Shown: piece after piece, positions 8,514-17,203 of the stretch | How positions within the stretch are numbered: the stretch's first letter is position 1 | Layout: every line of letters begins with the position of its first letter | From: a virus | IMG/VR virus record: IMGVR_UViG_3300032007_000171 | Span: 1 to 42,411 of that record | Reading direction: 5' to 3' (one strand) | Length of the DNA: 42,411 nt | Notes under the pieces: generated by a model | The model's database searches: none | Told to the model about the DNA's origin: nothing | What the model saw: only the letters and a program-made list of their open reading frames with translations | Made by a program: the position numbers and the translations under genes

Positions 8514-8948
8514 TTATACCGGATCTACAGGCTTCAGATCCTTCAATGCCTCATCCATAGTTAGCTTTATAATCCATGCTTTATGATTATCGACTAACTC
8601 GATAAATTCAAAATTACCACCGGCCTGCCAGTTGTTAGAACTTAGAAAAACGTGGATACATTCGTCTTTATACAGTATGGCCACTTTAGCGTGCATCGGT
8701 ATATTATAGATGGTCCATCCCATTTTGATCATCGCTTGCACCCAGTTCTTTTTGCGTCTGTGGCCGCCTTTCATATAGACCGTTACATGACTCAGAATGC
8801 CATCAGCTACTGCGCGGTTCAATTTTACACTGGCGGCTTGCGGCATCTCGAAAGTGCAGCATGTCAGTTCTACACCTCCACCCATCTCTTTCGCTTTCTC
8901 GATAACCTTATCGACGAGCGATATCCGTTTTCCAAACCAAAAATTCAT
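8514..8948 (-). CDS. PLD-like (HKD-motif) nuclease-domain protein (144 aa from ATG 8948; the track starts at TTG 8957)
   Basis: MHAKVAILYKDECIHVFLSSNNW resembles HxK(x)nD(x)6(G)SxN of the phospholipase-D/Nuc family, with a 2-residue insertion. Size is close to Nuc-type nucleases. Confidence 0.45.
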   Translation of the reverse strand: MNFWFGKRISLVDKVIEKAKEMGGGVELTCCTFEMPQAASVKLNRAVADGILSHVTVYMKGGHRRKKNWVQAMIKMGWTIYNIPMHAKVAILYKDECIHVFLSSNNWQAGGNFEFIELVDNHKAWIIKLTMDEALKDLKPVDPV

Positions 8949-9000
8949 ATTACTCAAAATTTAAGATTTAACACCTAATTTCTCTGATATTATACCATAG

Positions 9001-9210
9001 CTATACCTCCTGTATTGAGTAACACACTAAATAGTTATCTTCCAGGAGCATTTTATCAGCTTCGCGCTCAGCGTACTTCTTACCCTTAAAGATAGTAGCG
9101 TGATCACGATTTTCCGTACCATAAAAGTCTCCCTTCAGACGGCTATGATAAACCTTCTTACCATCGGCCGTGTCGAATTGAATAATATACTGCTTTTCTT
9201 CCATACTCAT
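9001..9210 (-). CDS. Hypothetical protein (69 aa)
   Basis: ATGA start/stop overlap with the upstream gene. Confidence 0.55.
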   Translation of the reverse strand: MSMEEKQYIIQFDTADGKKVYHSRLKGDFYGTENRDHATIFKGKKYAEREADKMLLEDNYLVCYSIQEV

Positions 9211-9554
9211 TCCTCCTCGATAGGTATTTCTAACTGATTCGTCATATCCCAGCCTCCACGTGCTACACCTTCCGGATCTTGAGATTCGTACCGGTTGATA
9301 TACTCATCGACTCCGATGGCTTCGTCTGCGGTGTAGATAGTCTCCATATAGTCGCTGTTTGCCTCATCAGAATAGGCGTCACAGCTATCTACCTCCACAT
9401 TCGAATCCTCGAAATCTTCATCGTCAACCTCGTTCGTCCATCCCTTGGCTATCTCCATGGCCTCTTCCGGACTATCGGCTTCTACATATATATTAGCATA
9501 CCGAGCCAGCGTTACGCTGTATATATTATTTGTTAACGGCTTTTTCATACTCAT
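9207..9554 (-). CDS. Highly acidic hypothetical protein (115 aa)
   Basis: ATGA overlaps at both ends. The protein has Asp/Glu-rich runs (EVDDEDFEDSNVEVDSCDAYSDEANSDY). Confidence 0.6.
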   Translation of the reverse strand: MSMKKPLTNNIYSVTLARYANIYVEADSPEEAMEIAKGWTNEVDDEDFEDSNVEVDSCDAYSDEANSDYMETIYTADEAIGVDEYINRYESQDPEGVARGGWDMTNQLEIPIEEE

Positions 9555-10018
9555 CCCTCCTTCTTCATGGTGTTCTCGATACGACTTATTAAATCAATAA
9601 GAGCTTCATCCTGTTGGAATCTTTTTGAAAATCTCAGATGCTTACAAGCTATATAAAGCATCTTCAAGTGAAGATCGCTAACTACGATAACATTCTTTTC
9701 CTTCAGTACTCCCTTTTCGCCCATTATTGCCAGCATTGTCATAGATTTACCTTTCTTGATAAGTTCTTCTATGATATCTGACGTGCAAAAGTACTTCATT
9801 ACTTCCTCGAGCTTCAGATCTTCCGGTTCTTTACGTTCTTCTTCATAACAATAGAGGCCGGTATAATCATTGATCTCTTCAGCGCTCATCTGGCCGACTT
9901 TTACCTGCAGCATCTCGCGCGTCAGAAGCTTATCGAGCAGCTGCTCTTTCTCCCATGGCCATAGCGTATCAATTTGTGCAAGTACATCTTGTACTTCCGG
10001 AGATCCGTCGGGCTTCAT
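9551..10018 (-). CDS. Hypothetical protein (155 aa)
   Basis: ATG at 10016-10018. Operon context only. Confidence 0.6.
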   Translation of the reverse strand: MKPDGSPEVQDVLAQIDTLWPWEKEQLLDKLLTREMLQVKVGQMSAEEINDYTGLYCYEEERKEPEDLKLEEVMKYFCTSDIIEELIKKGKSMTMLAIMGEKGVLKEKNVIVVSDLHLKMLYIACKHLRFSKRFQQDEALIDLISRIENTMKKEG

Positions 10019-10205
10019 TGTTTACCTCCTTTCTTCGGTAGTGTGTAACGGAGAATAAACCTTGCACCTCCCTCTAATTCAAACGTGATAGTGGCGTTTG
10101 CATGCGTTCTATTAGCCTCTTCAGCTAACAGATCCTTCCATTCAGGAATAGTTTTTGCAATTGTTTCTTCCATAAGTGTGTTGTTTTTAGGGTTAGTTAT
10201 TGTGT

Positions 10206-13200
10206 TTATTTAAACGGATCATCGTTCGGATCAATACCTTCGATCTCCGGTTCTTTGCTCTTTGTCGGTTCTGCCGGTGCTGCCGGTTCGGTTTTCTCTT
10301 CAGCGGCGTTTACAGTGCGCTCGAAGTCGATGCCATTCAGCTGCTCGCATAGGATATCGTACTTAAACATATACGCGCTGGTAGTGGTGGTGTGCTTTAC
10401 CATCGTGCGCTTATCCTGATCCAGTGCCTCCCATGTGAACCGGGTGCCGTCGATAGAACCGATATACGCGCTATGGCTCCGGAAGTAGTTAGTTAGCGTC
10501 TGCTTACTCAGCGCATCCTTGCCGGTAACATCTTTCGCGTACGCTCGATAGGCTGCCTCCAGCGGTATGTACAGGATCTTACATCCTATACCTACCTCGG
10601 CGGTCTTCTCTTTCTTATTGCTCTTATATGTAAGTATATTAGTGGTACACTCGTCAATCTTGAACTCACGACCGGCAATCACTGTACCAATACTCAGCTG
10701 TGTATTCAGACTATAGAAGAAGTTACCGAGCTTGCTGGTCTTCGATATACTCTCCATCTGAGTGAGGACTTTCGAAATAGCCATCTCGTAGAAGTGCATG
10801 TGCGCCCATGGCAGACGGATATCGCACTGCTCTCCTACGAGACGACTGGTGGCTGATAGAATAGCTACAGATCGGATAACGCGCTCCAGGCCGTCCTTAT
10901 TGGTGGCCGATTCCCATGCGTCCTCTTTCATCCTCGCAACCTCTTCATTAAAATACCGCTTGAAATGGCGCTCGAAGACTGGGCGCTGTCTAATGATATC
11001 GCATAATATATTGCCCATACCCAGGTCGGCCTGTCTCTTTAGCTTTTCGAATAACTCACTGTCGATCTTATCGAAGCCTTCCTCTTTCTTTTGCACCTCA
11101 CAGATGATCACACGGTTACTCAACGAACCGTCATCCTGTTGTGGTGTGTCCTGACCCAGTAGGATAGGCGCTGCGTTCGTCTTACTGGTATCGAGGCTCT
11201 TATTAGCGATATCCTTCACCTTGGTACGGCCTTTATCATCATATACGGCACTCTTCAGACCTTGGAACTTGATCTGCGATATACCGTTATCGTTATACTC
11301 CTCCATGATTACCGGCATATTCCGGAAGTGCTCGAGCACAATAAAGAAGGCTGCATCGGATCCGCTGTTTAAGTTAAATACAGCTGCATCTCGCCTCATC
11401 CATAATCCCCGGATACCATATGCTAACTCTGTCTTACCGGATCCTGTAGGACCGGCGAAACACAAAGCCGTGAAACTACCCACGATGCTGTAGATTAAAT
11501 CTCGGAAGCTGCACGCGATGGCAAAGATCACAGCCCATTTGCCGTTTTCATTCACCTGAAATACGCGGTCCATAAGGCCGGCCCACTCAGTGAACTCCAT
11601 ACGATCCTTTTCCTGCGGCTCGAGATAGAATGCGTATTCATCCTGCTCATACGGATTATCTTCCTTCCGCCCGCCTAACCGGATGCTCGATGAGGCCGGG
11701 CTGTACAGGCGTATATTATTCACTTCAGCTACACCCAAGTTGTCGGTGTACTCCAGTTTCCACTCCCCATCCTTATCCGGATAATAGACGGCATTCGGTA
11801 GCATCAAAAAGCCTTCCGGCTGCCATCCGAATACGCGTGCCTCATAGCAATCGATGAAGTTATAACTAAGCACCTGGCGAATCTTATCCCACTGCTGGGG
11901 TGTACCGTTGAAGTTATATGCGCCGGCGCCAAATAGTCTCTTCTTCATATCCTGCAGGCTGACAAATGCATCAGATGGCCACTCTACATACTGACGGCCT
12001 CCGTACATGTGATTCAACCGGATCACGCGCTTACTGTGATCGGTGGCCGGATCCACGAATAACAGTGCCTCCATGTAGAAGTCACTCACTACCATGTGAC
12101 CGCCTCCTTTCTCATTCTTAAACACATAAGCTACCGGATGCGGCTCTTCTCCTTCTTTGGGTTGGCTAAGCAGCGGGAAAAATCCGTACTGCTCATAGTA
12201 CTTATTCCATATATCGTTTTCCTTGACGTACTCCGGTACATCATACAGGTTATTGATCGTAGCTATCTTATCGCTCAGATTAGCACGCCTCCGTTCCGCC
12301 TCACGTCTGTCTTTCTTGCTGCCTAAGATCTCATTAAGCAGTTTGTTATAGCTGGCGGCCGGCAAACGTAGTAGCTTCCGGAACTCTGCATTATTCACCT
12401 CTCGAGTGGTGGCGTCGCTGTCTGCGATGACGCGCATACACTGTCTGATGATATCCGCGCGCTCGTCACTCGTCATGTCATCGGTCATCGCGTCAGTACG
12501 CCGGCTCAGATACCACTCTGTAAATCCACTGATGCGCTCAATCTTGGCACCGTCATCGTCTGTATCCGGAATGCTTACGCGTACGCGCAAACCGTCACCG
12601 TGAATCGACTTGACTACCTGCAGCGTCACCGGTTCCTGGTCATCGTCACTGTCGCCGGTCAACTCCTCTTTGCGTACCATGATTGACTCCCACGCACGTA
12701 GCTTCTGGACGGCGTTCTTATTCGTGCCTCCTACCCATAGGATAGTGGGTGCCTCATCTACATGCTGGAAGAAGTAATCTTTGCTGAATGTAAGTATCAG
12801 ATTATTACCATAAACCTTCCGGAGATCTTCAGCATCATCTATTCCGTACAGGTCGCCTTTCCAATCGTCTTCAGCTACGCGGTTCTTATTCACGATGCTG
12901 CGTATGTCGCCTGATTCAACCTGATAACTGTATGCCAGGTTATTGATCAGCTTCTTGCGATAGATATCCTCCGGTACGCAGGCTATCATACATGCAATCT
13001 GCTCGACGTGCTTACTCATCTCGGCTGGATCTTCACTCGTCGGATAGATAGAGCTCATATACTCCGACCATTGTTTGGTTCGGTTAGCGACTATCATGGC
13101 CAGTGTCGTGTCTTCGGCTTTCTTCTGATCGACCTGCAGTAACCAGCTATCCGGATCCTCATTCATCGGAATCATTACCACCTTCACCTTAAAGCCCGCC

Positions 13201-14069
13201 TTCAGTAGCAGCTTCATGCTCTTTATGGTGGCGTTCTGGCCGGCGGTATCACCGTCATACATCAGAATGGCCTCGTCACAGTAACGCCTCAGTAACTGCA
13301 CCTGCTTTTCTCCGAAGGCGGTGCCGCTGCCGGCTACCGTATTCCGGAATCCGCACATCCACATTCGGATCACGTCATTCTGACCTTCTACTATATATAC
13401 GCATTTCTCATGCTGGATATCTTTCGATGCCTGGCGCAAACCGAATAACAGGCTGTCCTTCTTAAATAGTACGCTCTCTGCGCTATTCTTGTATTTCGCG
13501 CGCTCATTCGGATCCAGTGTCCGGGCGGTCCATCCTACTACCACGCCGCTCTGACTGTAGAACGGATAGGTGATACGGTTCCGGAATTCACCGGCGCTAC
13601 ACCATCCCAAACCGAAGGCCTTGGCCGCTTCTCTCGAGATGCTGCGCTTCTCCAGGTAATCGCTGAAGCTCTGCTCGGACTCACCGGCGCGCTCATACTC
13701 ATTCTGGCGCTGCTCGTTATCCCGGACTAACTTCTCACGCTCTAACCGGCGCTTCTTTTCCTCCGGACTCTCTTCCATGTCATCCGGGATCTCGATATTC
13801 TTCTTAGCGGCTAACATGCGCACGGCCTCGACGAAGGTCATACCCTCGACTTGCTGCACATACTTGAAGGCGTTACCACCTTCTCCACATACGAAACACT
13901 TGAAAATTCCGCGCGATGCACTTACGCTCATCGACGGGTGCCGGTCAGCATGGAATGGGCATAATCCCCATAGATTAGCGCCGCGCTTATTCAGAGTCTG
14001 ATATTCTGCTACTACATCCTCGATAGGATTAGCAGATTTGACTTTTTCAATAAGTTCTTCACTTAGCAT
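10206..14069 (-). CDS. Primase-helicase fusion protein (1287 aa): DnaG-type zinc finger + TOPRIM primase with a C-terminal P-loop NTPase
   Basis: CHC2 zinc finger CPFHADRHPSMSV...FKCFVCGEGG; TOPRIM YIVEGQNDV...LMYDGDTAGQ; C-terminal Walker A FAGPTGSGKTE and Walker B-like VIMEEYND. Confidence 0.8.
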   Translation of the reverse strand: MLSEELIEKVKSANPIEDVVAEYQTLNKRGANLWGLCPFHADRHPSMSVSASRGIFKCFVCGEGGNAFKYVQQVEGMTFVEAVRMLAAKKNIEIPDDMEESPEEKKRRLEREKLVRDNEQRQNEYERAGESEQSFSDYLEKRSISREAAKAFGLGWCSAGEFRNRITYPFYSQSGVVVGWTARTLDPNERAKYKNSAESVLFKKDSLLFGLRQASKDIQHEKCVYIVEGQNDVIRMWMCGFRNTVAGSGTAFGEKQVQLLRRYCDEAILMYDGDTAGQNATIKSMKLLLKAGFKVKVVMIPMNEDPDSWLLQVDQKKAEDTTLAMIVANRTKQWSEYMSSIYPTSEDPAEMSKHVEQIACMIACVPEDIYRKKLINNLAYSYQVESGDIRSIVNKNRVAEDDWKGDLYGIDDAEDLRKVYGNNLILTFSKDYFFQHVDEAPTILWVGGTNKNAVQKLRAWESIMVRKEELTGDSDDDQEPVTLQVVKSIHGDGLRVRVSIPDTDDDGAKIERISGFTEWYLSRRTDAMTDDMTSDERADIIRQCMRVIADSDATTREVNNAEFRKLLRLPAASYNKLLNEILGSKKDRREAERRRANLSDKIATINNLYDVPEYVKENDIWNKYYEQYGFFPLLSQPKEGEEPHPVAYVFKNEKGGGHMVVSDFYMEALLFVDPATDHSKRVIRLNHMYGGRQYVEWPSDAFVSLQDMKKRLFGAGAYNFNGTPQQWDKIRQVLSYNFIDCYEARVFGWQPEGFLMLPNAVYYPDKDGEWKLEYTDNLGVAEVNNIRLYSPASSSIRLGGRKEDNPYEQDEYAFYLEPQEKDRMEFTEWAGLMDRVFQVNENGKWAVIFAIACSFRDLIYSIVGSFTALCFAGPTGSGKTELAYGIRGLWMRRDAAVFNLNSGSDAAFFIVLEHFRNMPVIMEEYNDNGISQIKFQGLKSAVYDDKGRTKVKDIANKSLDTSKTNAAPILLGQDTPQQDDGSLSNRVIICEVQKKEEGFDKIDSELFEKLKRQADLGMGNILCDIIRQRPVFERHFKRYFNEEVARMKEDAWESATNKDGLERVIRSVAILSATSRLVGEQCDIRLPWAHMHFYEMAISKVLTQMESISKTSKLGNFFYSLNTQLSIGTVIAGREFKIDECTTNILTYKSNKKEKTAEVGIGCKILYIPLEAAYRAYAKDVTGKDALSKQTLTNYFRSHSAYIGSIDGTRFTWEALDQDKRTMVKHTTTTSAYMFKYDILCEQLNGIDFERTVNAAEEKTEPAAPAEPTKSKEPEIEGIDPNDDPFK

Positions 14070-14374
14070 AATGTCGTCTCTTCTTCAGGTTTTACCCATG
14101 CATCTTTTGCCCATACGTGATGTTTGCAGCCATGATCCGGGCGCACAGTTGCGCCGGTCCGCGTGCAGAATGTCTTCCAGCGGTCAGCATCGCTTCCAAT
14201 GATCTCGCCGCGCTCATTCTTGAATGCCGCGCTGGCTCCTTTCTCAGCAAACGTCTGGGCCTCTTGTGTGGTAATATACATATCCATCAGGTCGCAGTTA
14301 CTGCAGCATGGCAGTATGCCTGGATGGCCACATCCGGAGATCGACTTTCGCTTGTATGTAAATTTCTTTGCCAT
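14063..14374 (-). CDS. Cys/His-rich hypothetical protein (103 aa)
   Basis: ATG start and a 7-nt overlap with the primase gene. The Cys clusters CGHPGILPCCSNC and GCKHH suggest metal binding. Confidence 0.55.
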   Translation of the reverse strand: MAKKFTYKRKSISGCGHPGILPCCSNCDLMDMYITTQEAQTFAEKGASAAFKNERGEIIGSDADRWKTFCTRTGATVRPDHGCKHHVWAKDAWVKPEEETTLC

Positions 14375-14382
14375 GGGATATA

Positions 14383-14871
14383 TTATTTGTCAAATTTCAT
14401 CTTCAGCTGTACGCCTTCAGCGCGCCAGGTATCCACCTTTTTTTTCCATCTCACATGCTTCTTCAGTAGCGCCTCCGGTGTAACCAGACCGGTCAGATGG
14501 TATTTGTCGATAAACATCTTAACGCTATCTTTATAGTCGATACCATACCGATATCGCTGGTGGCCCATGTAGCTGTGTAGAGACATGTCGAAATCTAACA
14601 GCAGCTTATCGCTCACATTGTTCTCGCCTTCGAAATTCAGATAGTTATTCGTCTCGAGATCCTTCAGGTCGCAGATCCTCTCATTCACCATCACTAACAG
14701 GTTGCCTTTATGCTCTGCGGGATTGGCCGGCTGCTTGATCAGGCTGTTAACTATCGCGTGATTCACCAGCGATGCTGCAGGGAACTGCGCTACATCCTTT
14801 ATCGGACTCGGATACTTCTGCCGGGCGTACTCGGCCAAGTACGGCTTCACATATATATTCAGTACTAACAT
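14383..14871 (-). CDS. Hypothetical protein (162 aa)
   Basis: ATG start with a 7-nt overlap with the upstream gene. Confidence 0.6.
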   Translation of the reverse strand: MLVLNIYVKPYLAEYARQKYPSPIKDVAQFPAASLVNHAIVNSLIKQPANPAEHKGNLLVMVNERICDLKDLETNNYLNFEGENNVSDKLLLDFDMSLHSYMGHQRYRYGIDYKDSVKMFIDKYHLTGLVTPEALLKKHVRWKKKVDTWRAEGVQLKMKFDK

Positions 14872-15206
14872 GTCTCCGGATAGATGCTGTTAACTTTTGA
14901 ATTGATCTTCCTTGTCAGAATGAACATATACATCCCATTGCTCACCATATCAATCGCTCTACGCTCATCGGTCTCACCTTCGGCCATAGCGATATCCACG
15001 ATGCACCGATCTGTTTCCTCATCTGTCTCCCAACCGACAGCGCCGCCATTCAGACCGGCGAAATTATTGAGGTAGTCACATATGTCACTCGCTAAACCTC
15101 GTACTCTATCAAAGCAGATATGTATATGCAGTTCTGATGCATCTACTCTGCAGTCTTCCTCCGTAATAGGAAGGCCTTTTTGGATGGTAAATACTATCTT
15201 ATCCAT
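14865..15206 (-). CDS. Hypothetical protein (113 aa)
   Basis: ATG start. Operon context only. Confidence 0.55.
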   Translation of the reverse strand: MDKIVFTIQKGLPITEEDCRVDASELHIHICFDRVRGLASDICDYLNNFAGLNGGAVGWETDEETDRCIVDIAMAEGETDERRAIDMVSNGMYMFILTRKINSKVNSIYPETC

Positions 15207-15218
15207 ATAGATTTTAGA

Positions 15219-15533
15219 TTAAGCTACTCTGATTAACCTGGTGTAGGTCTTATTCATCTCATAGAGCGTACCTCTATCCAGGCGTGTCACGCTGATGCAT
15301 ACTACACATGCGATCTTAACTGCTAATCCAAGCTTCTCCGGATTCGTTACCAGTTTCGGAATGTCTATATACCCGCCAACCTTCAGCCGGCCGGCCATCC
15401 CCTCGAGATAAGTACACATCCGGAGCGCGTCTCTCTCTCCATACTTATCATTCATCTCCCGATACCAATCCCAGCTACCGTCGAACCGGTATTTGCTAAG
15501 ATCTACTTCTTCTATGTTAGTCTGCTCTTCCAT
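15219..15533 (-). CDS. Hypothetical protein (104 aa from ATG 15533; the track starts at TTG 15536)
   Basis: ATG GAA GAG CAG read at 15533 on the minus strand. Operon context only. Confidence 0.55.
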   Translation of the reverse strand: MEEQTNIEEVDLSKYRFDGSWDWYREMNDKYGERDALRMCTYLEGMAGRLKVGGYIDIPKLVTNPEKLGLAVKIACVVCISVTRLDRGTLYEMNKTYTRLIRVA

Positions 15534-15536
15534 CAA

Positions 15537-15846
15537 TTAAATTTCTAATAGTGGACGATAGAGGAGTCCAACCTCTATGGCGATCGGGTGCATTGACGTG
15601 GCGCCTTCATCATCACGTTTGCGTTGCGTACCTTATCGTCTTATACCTTTCGTCCGGATAAACAGGCGGGGGCTTGGCTTTCGTCACCAACGGAGTGCGA
15701 TACTTAGGGACTCTCCGTCCATGGAGCGAACGCGATACAGGACTCCACGCAAGGGCGCTTATTCGTTTCAGCCATCTTAATAGGCTGCCTACCTGTTATA
15801 AGATATCTATTATAATTCAAAGATCGATCTTGCGAGGGCTATCCTG
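15537..15846 (-). ncRNA. Candidate structured non-coding RNA region (310 nt, ORF-free on the transcribed strand)
   Basis: The longest minus-strand ATG ORF is about 23 codons. GC content is higher than in the other intergenic regions. There is a perfect hairpin ATAGAGG-AGTCCAA-CCTCTAT (15558-15578), helices CGGAG/CTCCG (15691/15713) and GTCC/GGAC (15717/15740), and a long-range complement GGAGTCC (15563) / GGACTCC (15741). Confidence 0.35.
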
Positions 15847-16209
15847 TTATGCTACTTCGCCTGCAGGATTCTCCTTCGGTAGTTCCGGAAGCTTCTCGCG
15901 TATCCGCTCGCATATATCATGCAGCATGTCGGCGCGCCGGTACTCGAACTCGTGATGCTTCTGCATCGCCTGGATGGCTTCTCTAAGTCTTCCGCTCTCT
16001 CCGGATAGCAGTTCCAACTTTCCACCGTTAGCGGCTAAGCATACCGCGTCGATGTTCTTCTGCTCGCTGTACTGTTTCTTCAGGGTCGTTAGGCGTTTCG
16101 CATTCAAAATGCGCCTGCTACCCCCCCCAAGACGGTTGGCCATGCGTCTGGTGGCATACACGAGGCTCTTTGCCTCCTCGTAATTCAATTCAATGATGAA
16201 TGTTTCCAT
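15847..16209 (-). CDS. Hypothetical protein (120 aa)
   Basis: ATG at 16207-16209. It lies between tRNA-like copy A and the ORF-free region. Confidence 0.55.
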   Translation of the reverse strand: METFIIELNYEEAKSLVYATRRMANRLGGGSRRILNAKRLTTLKKQYSEQKNIDAVCLAANGGKLELLSGESGRLREAIQAMQKHHEFEYRRADMLHDICERIREKLPELPKENPAGEVA

Positions 16210-16263
16210 AAGTGTGTTTGTTTTTTTAATTATTTCGGTTATCTAATTCAAAGATCAATCTTG

Positions 16264-16337
16264 TGACGGATGAGGTTTTCGACTCCTCGACCTCCGGGTT
16301 AACACCTCGGCGCTCTTACCATCTGAGCTAATCCGCC
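16264..16337 (-). tRNA. tRNA-Asn(GTT)-like gene, copy A (slightly degenerate)
   Basis: The minus strand reads GGCGGAT TA GCTC AGATGGTAA GAGC G CCGAG GTGTTAA CCCGG AGGTC GAGGA GTCGAAA ACCTC ATCCGTC A. It forms a cloverleaf with anticodon GTT. There is a G2-U71 wobble and an A-C mismatch in the anticodon stem. The T-arm is non-canonical (A53-A61, G54). Confidence 0.5.
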
Positions 16338-16549
16338 ATTTGTGGGCAACTATCCGGTGGCGGTTCGCAGTATTCAGAGGTGCGACGCGGTCGGCGGCAA
16401 ATTTTCCATGCAGGACCTTCACTGCTTTATCCGCGCTACTATAGTTATCAGCCTTTCCTTATTCAGGCACAACCACCGGCAGCCTTATTTCCGGGCTTCC
16501 TTACTCAGCCCCTAACTCCGTACCTTTCAAAGATCACTTACTTTGGGTT
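16338..16549 (-). ncRNA. Second ORF-free, GC-rich spacer (212 nt) between recombinase A and tRNA-like copy A; candidate ncRNA
   Basis: There is no minus-strand ORF. The equivalent spacer in unit B is only about 65 nt. The region has repeated AATAAGG(N)GCTG blocks and local hairpins (for example GGGCT-GAGTAAGGAA-GCCC on the minus strand). Confidence 0.3.
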
Positions 16550-17203
16550 TTATCTAAATATGCCATGTTCCTTCCAACACTCCCTTTGGCAGTTTTCCGG
16601 GGCGTATAGTCCTGTATATACGAGGTAGCGATAGAGTGTGCATGTACTGATGTGCAACCGCTTTGCTATCTTGGTCTTCTCCATGCCTTCCTCTAACTTT
16701 GCCACTATCCAATCATGCTTCTCTACGCATTTCGGATTCAGGCGAAGCCGTTGCCCTTTGTCGTGCCACCACTTTTTGCCTTGCGCCCTGCGTAACTTCA
16801 AAGCCTCTCGGGTACGGTCTGAGATAAGTTTGCGTTCAATCTCTGCGGATAATCCGAAGGCGAATGCAAGCACCTTACTCTGTATATCCTCGCCGAGCCG
16901 GTAGTTATCCTTGATAGTCCAAACGCGCACCTCTTTGGTCATACATATATTCAGAATCTCCATGACCATGAATAGCGAACGACCAAGACGGCTTATTTCC
17001 GATGCGATGATAAGGTCGCCCTTCTGCGCCCTCTTCAGTAATTTGCCGAGGGCACGCTTACTGTATATCTTTGCACCGCTGATAGTTTCCTCTATCCAAT
17101 CGTCCACGACAAGCGATTCCTTCTGTGCAAAACGCTCTATCTCGTAGCGTTGGTTATCTACTGTCTGCGTGTCGGTTGATACGCGAATATATCCGTAAGT
17201 CAT
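16550..17203 (-). CDS. Small serine recombinase (resolvase/invertase family), copy A (217 aa)
   Basis: N-terminal MTYGYIRVSTDTQ (catalytic Ser motif), SEISRLGRS, LSAEIERKLISDRTREAL, and a C-terminal HTH KTKIAKRLHISTCTLYRYL. Confidence 0.85.
   Translation of the reverse strand: MTYGYIRVSTDTQTVDNQRYEIERFAQKESLVVDDWIEETISGAKIYSKRALGKLLKRAQKGDLIIASEISRLGRSLFMVMEILNICMTKEVRVWTIKDNYRLGEDIQSKVLAFAFGLSAEIERKLISDRTREALKLRRAQGKKWWHDKGQRLRLNPKCVEKHDWIVAKLEEGMEKTKIAKRLHISTCTLYRYLVYTGLYAPENCQRECWKEHGIFR

Noticed and set aside
10019-10205. Apparent 52-aa minus-strand ORF (MEETIAKTIP...) in the 187-nt gap after the primase-helicase gene, ending in an ATGA overlap with 9551..10018
   Set aside because: A base-by-base recount shows the ATG frame (10172) stops after 15 codons (TAG). 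The frame that ends in the ATGA junction has no start codon. The two frames would join only with a 1-nt frameshift near 10141. It may be a decayed gene or a sequencing error, but it is not supportable as a CDS.
15577-15955. Plus-strand ORFs 15577..15780 and 15674..15955 in the ORF-free region
   Set aside because: They lie on the opposite strand to every neighbouring gene, have no promoter box, and give Arg/Ser-rich translations. The region is treated as a candidate non-coding RNA or pseudogene.
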